The notes beneath the pieces are model-generated. The model saw only the letters and a list, made by a program, of their open reading frames with translations, was not told where the DNA came from and did not search any database. A DNA stretch of 64,000 nt from contig OZ024741.1 in the NCBI GenBank assembly GCA_964016885.1, positions 41,912,001 through 41,976,000 of the forward strand, written 5' to 3'. The position numbers and the translations under genes were made by a program. The stretch is from Eledone cirrhosa (taxonomy: Eukaryota). Position 1 is the first letter of the stretch. Each line of letters opens with the position of its first letter. Shown piece by piece: positions 13,190 through 27,447 of the stretch.

Positions 13190-13775
13190 GTCAGGTCACC
13201 AGTTGGTCCTACTGGTAACATGTATCCTAGTACAACCTGTCTCATGGTCGGGTCGTTGGCGACTAAACTGGCAACCCCACCAAGGTTTCTTGGTGAGGAG
13301 GGTGACTTTGGACATCCTGCAGGACTAAAAACAAAACCTGTCAAAGGGCAAAGGAGCTCTTAAGAATCAATGGCCATCCAAAATCACCGGGAGAGATGAC
13401 CCCTTAGCCTTTGTCAAGGCAGAATTCTAGGAGAAGGAAAACTCTGATATAACACCTGCAACCCTGATGGTATCCAATGATGTTGACTTGTTCTTCTTTT
13501 TGGTAAATATCATCTTGGTTAAGAGAGTGGGACTGGCTTTGTGCAGTGCCTTTGCTCACTATAAAAGCTTCACGGCACAGGCATTGCTTTATATCTGGAG
13601 ATCTCTCTGCACTTGTCGTTACATGGTACCATGGGCCCAGCACTCTGTGTCAATAATTGTCACTCAAGTCGCTGGCTGGACTAAAAAGTCACACTCGTTC
13701 AGCCCATTGGTAGGGGTTCTCCTACATGGATATAAAGTAGTGGCCGTACTCGAAAACGAGTTGGCAGCCACCATG
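13190..13775 (+). mobile_element. Non-autonomous RTE-derived element, longer copy
   Basis: 13418-13775 is a direct repeat of 12768-13150 with a ~25-bp deletion; ~230 bp of extra 5' sequence; (TATG)n tail. Confidence 0.75.
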
Positions 13776-13834
13776 TATGTATGTATGTATGTATGTATGT
13801 ATGTATGTATGTATGTATGTATGTATAATGCACA

Positions 13835-13883
<49 letters not shown>

Positions 13884-14379
13884 TATATATATACATATAT
13901 ATATATATATACACTTAATATATATATATATATACACTTAATGGAACAAAGAATTTTGAAGAATGCTTTATTCACCTGGCAATTTCAACAATGTTAATGA
14001 CTTTTATCTTGTAATTTTTGAAAGCACTTTTGCTAAGCTTTGTTTTACTTGGTTTCTTCTTTTGCGAAGAAAGTCAAATAGATATAGATATATATTATAT
14101 TTCTTAATCTTTTAATATCTATTCCTTTTAAACTATTACGCATCGACAGCTTTTATGGTGTTGCTTTAAGGAAACATTTTGAACTTTCTTCTGTTTCATA
14201 ACGTCATTTTTTTTTTTGTTCTTAATTTGCAAAATGATTCTTTTTCCTTTAACTGTTAGGCAAAAATAGTCAGATAACTTAAATCTTTTAATGTAAAACT
14301 CTTTTAACCCATTGTATGTGGTTAGGTTTCACTGGCATGCTTCAGGTGAACTCTTACTAAAAGACAGCAATTCTGTGCA

Positions 14380-15045
14380 AGTGTGTGTGAGTATGCTAGT
14401 GTGCATGTGTGTGCGTGTGCGTAAGTGTGTGTGTAAGTGTGTGTGTAAGTGTAAGTGTGTGTGTGTAAGTGTGTGTGTGTAAGCGTGTGTGTGTAAGTGT
14501 GTGAATGTATGTGTGCATGAGTGTGTGTGTGTGAATGTATGTATGCATGAGTGTGTGTGTGTGAATGTATGTATGCATGAGTGTGTGTGTGTAAGTGTAA
14601 GTGCACGTGTGTGTGAGTGTGTGTGAGTATGTGAGCATGTATGTGTGTGAGTGTATTCTAGTGTGTGCGCAAGTGTGTGTATGTGTGTGAGTGTGTGTGC
14701 ATATGAGCATGTCGGTATGCAAGTGATCATGTGTGTGTATGTGTGTGTGCACGAGTGTGCGTGTATGTGTGCATGTGAGCATGTGTGTGTGCACAAGTGT
14801 GAGTATAAGTGTGCATGTGAGCATGAGTGTGCGCAAGTGTGTGTATGTGTGAGAGCATGTGTGTGTCTGTATGAGAGTGTGTGCATGCATGCGTGTATGA
14901 GAGTATGTGTGCATGTATGAGAGCATGCATGTGTATGTGTGTGTGTACGTGTATGGAGCATGTGTGTGTGCATGTGTGTGTGTGTATGTGTGTGTACGTG
15001 TATGGAGCATTTGTATGTGTGTATGAGAGTATGTGTGTGTGTGTA
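14380..15045. repeat. Degenerate (GT)n/(GTGCAT) microsatellite
   Basis: Seen directly in the sequence. Confidence 0.95.
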
Positions 15046-15272
15046 AATACATTCTATACTCCTACTATATTATAAAGCTTCCTCAAACAAAAAAATTCCT
15101 TTTGTTCAAAATGGGGTAATTTAGGATCTATTGCACCACAAAATTGAATCTGACTCATCTTGCCTGACCAAGGTTAACAGATATCAGTTTATCTTCATTT
15201 TATTTTTTTTATTTTGTATACTGGACACTAGTCACATTGACGCTGAATGCCCTAATCTGCATCATTATCAAA

Positions 15273-15463
15273 ATAATTGTTTCTACTTTTGGCACAAGGC
15301 CAGCAATTATACCAGTGCATTACTGGTACTTTATTTTATCAACCACGTAAGGATGAAAGACAAAGTTAACCTCGGCGGGATTTGAACTCAGCATATAAAG
15401 GGACGTAACTATGCGGGAAAGCATAGCGTCCGACCCTCTACTGATACTGCCAATCCTCTGCCC
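15273..15463 (-). mobile_element. SINE family A with TSD
   Basis: Full-length copy; CATTATCAAAATAAT occurs on both sides. Confidence 0.9.
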
Positions 15464-15720
15464 TATACCATTATCAAAATAATGGGGTCCTATACACACT
15501 GAAAGCTATTGTTCAACATGTACATGTCTATATAATGAAGATAAATGTAGACATTGAATATATATGAAATGAAAAGAAAAGGCTAATCCTGAGAATGAAC
15601 CAAGGAAACTTTCTATTGGTCTTTCCATTGCAACCATAATATTGTGTTTGATTTCTGGGCTGGGTTGTGTGCTGTGTTCTTGAGCATAGACATGCACACA
15701 TGCATTTCATGACTCGGACA

Positions 15721-16150
15721 GGCGGTGGATTGGCAGTATTGGTAGAGAGTCGGACGCCATGCTTTGCAGCAAAGAGTTATGACCCTTTATGATCTGAGTT
15801 CAAATCCCGCCGAGGTTGACTTTGCCTTTCATCCTTATGGGGTTGATAAAATAAAGTACCAGTAATACACTGGGATAATTGCTGGCCTTGCGCCAAAAGT
15901 AGAAACAATTATTCTATGTACTATACATGCACCTGATCACTGTACACAATAATTTCATTCATGGTGGATTGGCAGTATCGGTAGAGGGTCGGACGCCATG
16001 CTTTCTACCATAGTTACGTCCCTTTACGGTCTGAGTTCAAATCAAGTCGAGGTTAACTTTGCCTTTCATCCTTACGGGGTCGATAAAATATAGTACCATT
16101 AATACACTGGGATAATTGCTGGCCTTGTGCCAAAAGTAGAAACAATTATT
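15721..16150 (+). mobile_element. Two tandem SINE family A copies separated by a CR1 3'-end fragment
   Basis: SINEs at 15721-15911 and 15962-16150; the spacer TATGTACTATACAT..GCACCTGATCACTGTACACAAT matches the 3' end of the CR1 at 5009-5080. Confidence 0.85.
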
Positions 16151-16543
16151 AAAACACTTCATTTCACGTTGCTCCAGTATACTCAACTGAAAATGAGTAC
16201 CAGCAATAACTGGGGGGTTAATCCTGCGATGGACTGGCATCCTGTCCAGGGGGAAGTCTTGTACTCTGTCACTTCATGCCACAGAAACTGGGATAAGCGC
16301 CGACAGATAATCTCTGGATTCGAGACAGACTTTAGACTTTTTAGGAGATGAAAAAGAGGGATCAGATTCTAGAACCATGAAACTAGGATAAGCACTGGTA
16401 TGTCAAGCCTCCTGACTTGAAACAGACTTAAACCCAGCAATTATAAAATAAATAGGATGGGTTGGGGTCTCAATATGTAAACGGAGACAACACATAAAAA
16501 TTGCCAATTCCCCCCCCCCCCCCCTCCCTGCTTATATTACATA

Positions 16544-16732
16544 CTGTATATACTCGGATATAAACCAACCCCATTATTTTATGCCTAAGAAATAGACGAA
16601 AATCCAAACCCCATTTATAAAGTGAGGCAACTAATCAACACATTCTTTAGATGGCATATATAAGCCAACCTCTTATTTTAGCATCAAATTGTTTAGTCAC
16701 ATATTCCTCAGCTTATATTCGAATATATAAGG
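16544..16732. mobile_element. Tc2/pogo-type MITE, copy 2
   Basis: TA|CTGTATATACTCGGATATAA ... TTATATTCGAATATATAAGG|TA. Confidence 0.75.
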
Positions 16733-18759
16733 TAATTGTAAGAAGTATTTTAGCCTATGTTAAAATTGTAATCAAATAAATACAAAAAGGATAATTTTCA
16801 CTATAAATGTCATCTATGTTTAAATGTATGTTCTACTATTACAACCTCTATACTCTGATTTATAATATGTACATCATATCTCTGCAACTAAAGGGGTTAG
16901 CAGGAGGTCATCTGGTTGTAAAATATTGTCTTAAAAAGGCCCCAATATTAAGTGTTCTGTCATGAGGCCAGCAAGGCAAATGCCTTTTTAGGGGGGAAAA
17001 TGAACTTAAAATGTGTGTGTGCACACATAGGTGAAATTAATACTCAGATTAAAATGATAGATTACATAATTTTAGCAGCTTGAAAAACAAGAGTCAATAC
17101 TGAATCAAACAAATAAACAGGACTAAAAAGAAGTGCTTAAAAATTTAGATTATATACTGTCTGAATATATGCTGGTTATACATTTGAATAAACATTGATC
17201 AAACATACTCAAAAATAAAAATGAAGATTGATACTAAACAGTAATATGTACAATTCATAACCTACCTGCTTAACTTAGTTTAGCCTCAGTTGTAAATTAA
17301 CTTAATACTAGGTAACAAAAACCACTAACTTTATAACTTAAAAATAGATAGCTTTACAAGTTTGATAATGTGCATCCAACTATCTAAAATTTCTCTGCAA
17401 TAGACAACCAGTATTATATTAACCTATCACTGAACAATGTTCTGAAACTAGGGCAGAGCGAAGATAATACACCATGAATGTTTGTAGGCTTGTTGGTTTT
17501 TGTTACTTGATTAAAAGAAACCTATGCAAAAAATCCACATGTGACCTATCTACTAAACTGTGCTTTGTGTGTTAACAAATATATGCTTTACATACACAAT
17601 TTTGTGAGTCAGTGTGCATGATATGTTTCTCAATATTGAATCTATAAAAATATCAGCATTGTAAACACATTTATGACATTGCCTTCAACAAAAGCTTCAT
17701 GTGCAATTTTCTATTGGCTAGCTGTATTCCTCATGTCCATCAGATGCTATATATATATTGTCAGGCATTTATTAATGGCAGTGTAAAAGCACTGATTCAT
17801 CTGTTCATTTCACTGAGATATATATGAATATATGCAGTCATTTTATAGAAATTAAACTTTAAGCATAAATAGTTTAAAAGTGTCTTCATCGTTGTTATCA
17901 CTGTTTAATGCTCATTTTCCATGCTTGGAAGAGTTAGACAAGTCGTCCACAACATGAGACAAGTCTGGCCAGTTGGCCATGCCATATCTTGCTCAGATGG
18001 AACTGTAAATTTGGCCAGGAATTTTACAGCTGGATGCCCTTCCTAACACCAACCACATTTACAGTTTTAATATTATGGGGGTGAGATAAGCTCCAGTCCT
18101 TGTACAGAATTTAACTTACAGAAGTAAAGTACGAGCAAGACATAGTACACTAGGTGAGCAGTAACTCTGAATACGAACTGACCTAGTCAGTAATGGCTCA
18201 TCTAACCCATGTCAGTATGGAAATCAGACATTAACTAATGATCGTTTCTATACAAGCTTGACATATGCTACCAAACATGTAATTCATCTGTTAAATAACC
18301 TCCAAAACACTGCAGTGAAAATATGGCAATATAATTTAATTCACAGTCCATGACAGCATTGATCAATCATTGCCCAGGCCCTTAAACAACCCTGGAAATC
18401 GATGGAGCTCACTGCAAAGTTCATATTCTGACTAATATTTTGCCTTCAGTTTTAGGCATACCATGCAATATCAGAGATTGTGTTAAATCTTTTTCAACAA
18501 GTATCATTAGTACCTTCAATGCTATGACGGACTATCAATAGTATTGAGACTGTGTCACCAAACATATCAAGATCACACAACCTGTTTACTAATAAAAAAA
18601 AAAAAAAAAAACTTATAGCTGAAATGTTTTAAACTCACTACAACTGTTATAACCTTCACAATCTCTGATGACCATTCCTAGTTATTAAACATCTCAAACT
18701 AATATGATTGAATTTGGCTGTGTCAGAAGATGTTGGCAACAACTGACACCAAATCATCT

Positions 18760-19036
18760 GTCTGGATCCCCAAGTGAGACCAACCAAAGTTGGGAATGTT
18801 ATTCAACCATTTTACTTGTGGTCTACCTCTGGGTCTCCTACCGGTTGGTTTTGCCCATCAAATCTGTCCTGTGATTCTTTCCTTACATATTCTAACTACA
18901 TGTCCGTAGTACTGGAGCTATGATCTCTCAATATGGATAAATAGCAACTCTACCTGGAACAACTCGCTGATCTCCAAGTTATACACCCAATCATATAACA
19001 TTACACCAGATATGTTTTGGAAATTCAACATCTCAG
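18760..19036 (-). mobile_element. Old RTE (Expander-like) C-terminal fragment
   Basis: Minus strand encodes IERS.LQYYGHVVR...AKPTGRRPRGRP; homologous to 23912-24535. Confidence 0.7.
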
Positions 19037-21754
19037 ATATGCAAGTTTATCTAAGGACTCAAACAAGAAATCTCTCTATTTCAATGTTTTCAATATATTT
19101 TAAATGTAGCCATACATATAATAAAATAATCTAAACTCCTCCAGATGGGTTCTGAATAATCCAAAATACATCTGGAGAAGTTAAGCATGTTTATGTCTAT
19201 GAAACCACAGGTCATGCATGAGTTAGTAACTTAATACAAATATTCTTGACTTTTGTATTATGTGTCGATTGCACTTTTCATTCATTTGTGCCCATCCCTG
19301 TAAGGGGAGGAGAGAGAGAGTGTGTGAGGGAGGTTGCTTGTATTCAAGATTGTATTCTTTCGGTCACTATTCAAGATTCATGACCATAGTTTAGTTCTGA
19401 ACAATTGTATATTCACTAGAAGGCAAAAGTGTGTCCAACATTGCAATATCTCTCTTCTTCTTCACCCACTTATTCCTGTAAGGGTAGTGCAGAGAAAGTC
19501 CTCAAACACTCCAAGCAGGTCCTGTCAACAACAACAAATGTTTTAAGGCCATTTTCCCCTTAGCTTTACAGGCCTTATGGCAGACCTCATATTAATCATA
19601 GGGCCCTTACTGGGGCAATGTTTTACAGTCAGTGCTCTCTCAGGTTTCAACTCTTAGTTGCTTCTTACAGCATGCAGGGATATGGTGTATGCATTCTAAA
19701 CACAATACACACAGAACTAGATTACAACAACACAAGAAATAAACAATGATAAAGAAAAAAAAATCAATAACTGATAAATAAACCTTCACTGACCAACACG
19801 CTATAACCTGTATCTCACTGATATACAGTCACCTCCTCGTCACCCTTACTACTACTACTACAATATTCTATGCCTCACTGTAATAGGAAATTGTACCAGC
19901 CCTACATAAACTTGCATTATACAGCAATCCCTGTCTCATATCATACTTAACACTTTTGATATCAAATTCCCTTAACTGACCCAGATTCTACAATACAAAA
20001 CTGTTTTAAAATGTTTAAAAACCTTTTGTGTAAGAATCTCTATTCACAAGTTAATAAGAAAGTTATATTATTAAATGCCTCTAAATTCTTTAATATTTTC
20101 AAAATGTTTTGAAAACCACAGCCTGTATCTTTCATTATAAATATGCTAACAAAAAGGTTAACTAATTATTTTAACTAACAAACACATTACTTCCTAACAC
20201 TAAACTTCAATTGTTTGCAATACTGGTCTCAGCCAAATCATTTCTGGGAGGTCCAAGCAGAACTTTAATTGCACTACTCTCAGGTTTCGAATAATTGGCC
20301 TCATTCCACTCTGTTCTTATTTCAATTAGACATTAAAAAAACATACATGACAAAAAAACTACATCACTGGAAATTCAACACATTATAAAATAAATAGGAT
20401 GGGTTGGTGTCTCAATTTGTAAACCAAACAACTAATTCTGGTTTTAAAAAACCTACAAAAATTACCTATTTTCCAACTGCCCTGCTTATTTCCCCTAACA
20501 CCCATCTATTATTTGAAGCCTAAGAATATTTGGACAGTCTGAAAAAATTCTGTATGCCATCCCTCATAATATTACCCCCCATCACCACCACCACCAGTTT
20601 CTGCTGGCACTCAGTTTCATTTGATTAAACTGAAGTTGAAATGAAGTGGCACCCAGTTGTAGCTTTACCATTTTATTCTCTTCTGACATTGTTACAAAAA
20701 TACTGTAAAGGGACTAAGGACCAGACAGAAACAATATACAGCAAAGAGGACTCTTCAATTTTGCCAAGTACATAAACTCTAGTGCTGATGCCATGACAAA
20801 ATGCCCCACCATGCCATGTAAAGGGGTAGTCCTGGTATCATGATAAAATGCACACTGTATATATACTCTAAAGTGTTAGTGTTGGTGCCATGATAAAATG
20901 CACCAGTATACTCTGTAAAGTGATTGGCATTAGAAAAGCATCTAGTCACATAAATCAAGACAAATATGACAAGATGTCGTTTTACCAGTCTTGTTGTGAA
21001 CTGTGACAACTCATCCAACTCATTCCAGCATAGTAAATGGATATAAAATGATGCTGCTGCTAATGATGATGAGACATAAACATTACAAATCCCATTTGCA
21101 TTTTTCTGTGAAGCCAATAGTGCTAAATACATACTTGTGGCTAACATTGGTTTACAAATAGTCAATCAGAAGGTGTAAATATTTCATGTTTGATTCTTAT
21201 TTCCCTAGTGTGTGGACTACATAAATCATTGATTCACAAATACTGGAAAACAAATTGGTTTTGAGCAAGAAAGCTTTTATAATGAAGTCTTAAGAGGAAA
21301 TATTTCAATTTAGTTATTTTTAATATATACCACACTTTTTAAATAATTTTTGTCTGAATATCTGAGCTGATGAATTATTTGTTAGTCCAAATATATGAAA
21401 TATATCAATGTTTAATAATAACTTTGAGAATATAAAGTAAATAGACCGCTGTCAGTTTCAATGATGAGTGTGCTAGTAGTTTGGACAACATAATGGCTGA
21501 TTTCTTTAATTTACATGGAAATAGCTGAGTATTCCACACACATACATGTACCACTCACCCTTTTGTTACTATATTTCTAATGAAAGACACTGTTTACCAT
21601 TTTCAAATCTTGAAAATAATCAAGAATTTGGAAGGGTTATATAATTCTATAGTTATATAATAAACTTCCATCATAATCTATATATAATATGAAAGAGAGA
21701 TGTTTATTGGTTGGTTGGTTGAATCACATGAAAACTACACACACACATACATCT

Positions 21755-22080
21755 AAAGAGAAAGAGAGGGTGGAGAGATAGAGAGGGGGTAGAGAGGGTG
21801 GAGAGGGGGGTAGAGAGGGTGGAGAGAGGGGGTAGAGATGGTGGAGAGAGGGGGAGATAGAGGGGGAGAGGGGGGATAGAGAGGGGGAGAGGCAGAGAGT
21901 GAGAGGGGGAGAGGCAGAGAGTGAGAGGGGGGAGAGGCAGAGAGTGAGAGGTGGAGAGGCAGAGAGTGAGAGGTGGAGAGGCAGAGAGTGAGAGGCAGAG
22001 AGGGAGAGAGGGAGAGAGGCAGAGAGTGAGAGGGAGAGAGGCAGAGAGTGAGAGATAGACCGTTATACAGAGAGAGATAC
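21755..22080. repeat. GA-rich minisatellite
   Basis: GAGAGGCAGAGAGTGAGAGG-type units. Confidence 0.9.
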
Positions 22081-22468
22081 AATTAAAGTGTTAGATATTC
22101 AGAGAGAGAGTGAGTGAGTGATGTCCCACAAAAGTCTAGAATCGGCTTAAACTATAGATCAAAGTATCAGTTGAAGGTTTAACAATATTGCGTTAGCCTT
22201 TATAAAGTCATTTTAGTCTTTGATTTTACAGAACAAAGAAAAAATTTATACTATTTGAAATGAATCTACGGTGTATATTTCAATATGAAAATGACCAAGA
22301 GGCAATGAGAGTTGCACAAAGGACTCTTCAAGGCAGAATAAACTGGCTAGAGCTGCATTTTCATATGATCCATCAAAGAAGTGATTGGTAGCATGGATAT
22401 TACACTTGGCATCTATTGCTTTGGAGGAAAGGTTAGACCTCCATTAATAGAGGACCCTCCAGCTTTTA

Positions 22469-22810
22469 TCTATATACTACTTACAGACCGCACTAACAAA
22501 GCTAAACACTTCAGAAGCAATGTTATGCAGTATATTGCTTTGTTTCAGATGACGTCCTTTGGAGCTGAAAAAGATCATACTAACTATGGTTATTTCACTA
22601 CATTTAAAATCCAATACCAATGTTACCATTTAATTGGCAGTTTACTCCCCCAGCCTAATAGGGAAGTTTTATGATTGTTTTGTTTTTTTTGTCTCTCTCA
22701 GACACACTCATTATGGTCTCACCTCATACTGTAAACATTCAATAGTCGTTTTCTCCTTTATCCGTCTTCCGTTAACTGTTCTCCCGGGCAAAGCCGGGTA
22801 CCTCAGCTAG
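22469..22810 (+). mobile_element. Non-autonomous Helitron
   Basis: A|TCTATATACTAC 5' end; 3' hairpin CCCGG-gcaaag-CCGGG, then CTAG|T; no TSD, inserted between A and T. Confidence 0.75.
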
Positions 22811-23911
22811 TTTTATTTAAGAACCTTTAGGTGGTTTAGATAAATATAAATACTTCAAATCAAACCGGTTTGTATTGTAGAACCAGGAGCAGTTTCATGC
22901 AGTTTGGTATCAAAAGGGTCAATGCAACTCTCAGAGTGAAGCAGCATGATACAGAATGTGACATGGCTGACCCTTTGAATTACAGGTTCAATCCATTCAA
23001 CAGACTTCCAAACAGTTACTGTCTACCCAATTTTAGTCACAGTATGGTACAGCAAACTGGCCAGACCCCCCTCATAATGGTGCCACCCAGTTCCACACTG
23101 AACATAGTTGGTATTAGGAAGGGCATCCAGCAGCTGTAAAACCCCAGCCAACACAGTCCTGATATGTGCAAGGTATGGTGCGGCCATTTAGACAAACTTG
23201 ACTCATAACAGGACCACCCAGATCCACACTGTAAACGTGATTGGTGTTAGGAAGGGCAACCAACTGTAAACAATCCCAGCCAAAATGCAGTTCCATTTGA
23301 GCAAGGTACAGCGCAGTCAGGGTTGTATCAGAACATTGATGTCCCATCTAACCCCTGCAAGCATGGAAAAATAGACGTTAAACGGTGATGATGATGATCT
23401 TGGATTAATTCAAGGCTAGCATAAAAAAGACTTTGCCCAAAATACTATGTAATGAAGCTGAATCTGGAAGTTCAAGATTGTAAAGCAAACTTCCTAACCA
23501 TTTGGCTATGTTGCACCCATATAACTTCATATCAGTGAGAAAGAGAGAGAAACCTCCTTCAGTCATGACTGGTCATTGGTTTGCACATGAGAAGTTCTTG
23601 TCCAAGAGATAAACCTGGACAAGAGATAACCAATTGCCCATGTATGCTAGTCTCCCCTCTCCAAACCATTGCCAATACAATATGGCACCTGTGTCATCAC
23701 AAACTCATTTTTCCAGCTAAATGGATTTTAAAAAAATGAAATAAAATGTCTTGCTCAGGGACACAGTGTCACCCAGTAAAGAAATCAAGCTCACAACTTT
23801 AAGATTATGAGCCCACTATCCAAACCATTAACCTTCATATCAATACTTCTAATAGAAATACCACTACTATAATAGGTAACATGAATGATGAAACAACCCA
23901 ACCAAACACTA

Positions 23912-24535
23912 TCTTTTCTTCTTTGTCCACTTATTCCTGAGAGGGTCGGGGGGCAGAGTCCTCAAAAACTCCTTCCAGCAGCTCCTCTCAGAAGCACCCG
24001 TCTAACTGGTCTGGCTGGATCCCCAAGCGAGACCAACCAAGCTCATAGATGTTATCTAACGATCTTGCTTAGGTTCTACCCCTGGGTCTCAAGTTCCACT
24101 GAAGCAGGTGGAGATGTTCTTGTATCCACAAGTGATGGAAGGCAGGAGGCTGAATGAAGTACAAGAATTGCAGGAGCTGGTGCAGTAATGAGCCGGCTAC
24201 AGCATTGAGTAATCAGAAGAAGGGGGGTATGTGTAAAAGCCAAACTCGCTGTCTTCAATTCGGTATTCATGCCAACTCTTACCTATGGTCATGAATCTTG
24301 GGTAATGACCAAAAGAATACAATCACGAATACAAGCAGCTGAAATGGGGTTCCTCTGAAGGGTTTTTGGAGTAATGTTACTCGATAGAATGCATAGCTCG
24401 GAGATCAGAGAGTCACTCATGGTAGAGTCATTACTTCTTTGGATTGAGAGATCACAGCTCCGATACTAAGGGCAAGTGGTTAGAATGTCTCAGGAAAGAA
24501 TCACTGGACAGATTTTACAGGCAAAACCAATCAAA
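23912..24535. mobile_element. RTE (Expander-like) insertion with inverted 5' part
   Basis: 24091-24535 (+) encodes KAKLAVFNSVFMPTLTYGHESWVMTKRIQSRIQAAEMGFL...IERSQLR...QAKP; 23912-24090 (-) continues RPRGR...LGWSRLGIQP to the element 3' end. Confidence 0.8.
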
Positions 24536-24799
24536 GAATATGTCGTCATTTAAATTTGGTTGATTTAACAGAATTTACTGCTGTTTAGTATTACTTTAGC
24601 ATTAACAGCTGGTGTATATAATAGTAGCACTTATAATTTCTAGCACTACCTCACTGTAGTTACATTATAAAGGGGAAGATAATAGATGAGACAGAGATAA
24701 TGAGAGAGAGGAATGTGAAGAGAAAGAGAGAGACATAAAGAGAGAAACATATATATACATATATATATATATATAAGAGGAGAGAGAGATGTATAAAGG

Positions 24800-25465
<666 letters not shown>

Positions 25466-25917
25466 GGGAAGAATTGTATGAATAAACTAAAGTCAATGTT
25501 AAACAATGTTAAACAATAAAAAATAATGCAGGTACAAGTAAAAAATCTGTTTATACAACAGGAAATTCAAATCACATGATACTTATTTTCCCTCCTTTAT
25601 CTTTCTTCATCCCCAAATCTCTCGTATTTATTTGCTTTCTAACATTTTATTAATTAGTTACTACCAGGTATCATTCACAATAGATCTCCTTTGAAGAAAG
25701 GGGAAATATCTTATTTGATTCACTGGATTCATTGTGTATATACACATTAGGGAGAGAATTAGGGTCAGGGTTAGATGTAGGATTAGGGTTACAGGATTAG
25801 GGTTACAGGATTAGATTTAGATGCCAAGAATTATATCTAGTTGTTAAAGGACCCCCTTGATAAGTATGAAACATATCATGATATAATATCATGCATTAAC
25901 AAGGTATGTATGATCCC

Positions 25918-26190
25918 ATAATTCCTGATAGAGTCGTAGGGGCGTCGTATTAACATATGGTGTTTCTTGGGCATTTTAAGCCTGGCAGAGCCCATCCCTC
26001 TCCAGCAGATTTCTTCTAGAGAGAGGAAGAATCGACCCCAGTACTAGACTGGTACTTTTTTATTGACCTCGAAAGAATGAAAGGCAATGTTGACCTCAGC
26101 TGGATTTGAACTCAGCAAGCAGAGAACCGGAACGAATACCATAAAGCATTCTATCCTACATTCTAACAACTCTGACAATTCGCCACCTCT
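25918..26190 (-). mobile_element. SINE family A variant with longer 3' part
   Basis: Shares the GAAAGGCAA.GTTGACCTC...GATTTGAACTCAG core and head; second copy at ~37783-38065. Confidence 0.65.
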
Positions 26191-27447
26191 TAGCAAGGTA
26201 AATGGCCCTAAAACTTGTTGAAATTTTCTACACTATTTATGAAATCAATCCTGGGTTATTGATTTTGTTTTCTTTCCTAAATCATTTTTACATTTAATAT
26301 TCAAAGAAATATATATACCCATATCGAACAACTTCCTTGCTTTGTATAAGTTTGTTTCTAAGTTCATAAAAAGTTAATAAACTAGTATGTTCACCTTGAA
26401 AGGGTTAAACAGTTTAGATTTATCTTGTTTCATTGGCGAGAAATGTTATGAATAAATAAAATAAATGAAACTATTTTAAAAGCATATACAAAATTTAATC
26501 ATATTGGCTTTTTTAAAAAACATATGATTAATGAAAAAAAAAAAAAAGCAAAAAAGCGAAAAAAAAAAAACAGACGGAAAAAATGTAATTAAAAGTAAAC
26601 AAATAAAAAAATGTCTTTAATAATTTACTTTTCAAAGATTTAATTATAAAGATATATTTAATAAGCTGAAAATTCTTAAGAAAATAATGTCACTATATTT
26701 AATGCTATACAACATTTCAACTTGAGTTTAATTCAATTTCACAGCTCAAGAGTTGATTACCTCAATTTGACCATTCTGCCCTCTCTCTCTAAGCTTATTT
26801 CAAATAATCATGATAATTTTACAAGTAGCATAATAATGTGTATAGTAATGCAATAACATCTATTTTCAGATATTTCTACTGAAATAAGGAAGAAATGATG
26901 AAAAAGAGGAAAGAAAGTGATTATCTTAATCAGAATAGGATTTAATACATGTCTATAGACATTAACGAAAGGTTAATAATTTTCCTTAAATATTTCTTAA
27001 TTATTTCTCTAGAGAGAGTGATAGAGAGTTCAAGCAAACAACAAACAGAGATATAAAAAGTCTTAAGAAACAACAAACAGAGATACAAAAAGTCTTATAA
27101 GGGAAAGGGGAAAGAAAATTTGTGTCATGTTTTAGCCCTTCTTCAGGAGTACAAAAATAGAGAGGATCACAAAGGATAGAGAATATAAAGGTAGTCCAAG
27201 TAAAGAAAAAAAAATCGTATATATATATCATCATCATCATCGTTTAACGTACATCCTCCATGCTAGCATAGGATTGTCTCACTTGAGGCAAGATTGGTCA
27301 GGAGACGGTGTCTCGCTCGTACAGAACTGTCTCTGGCAGGTTTTCTACGGTTGGATTCCCTTCCTAACACCAATCACATACAGTGTGAACAGAATGTATC
27401 AAGTATTGCAGGAGCAACATTATATCATTATTATACACACACATGGA

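Noticed and set aside
27121-27150. Hammerhead-like CTGAAGAAGGGCTAAAACATG (minus); similar relics at ~28227-28255, ~39085-39135 and ~57838-57870
   Set aside because: Core boxes or stems are broken; at most decayed PLE ribozymes, so not counted.
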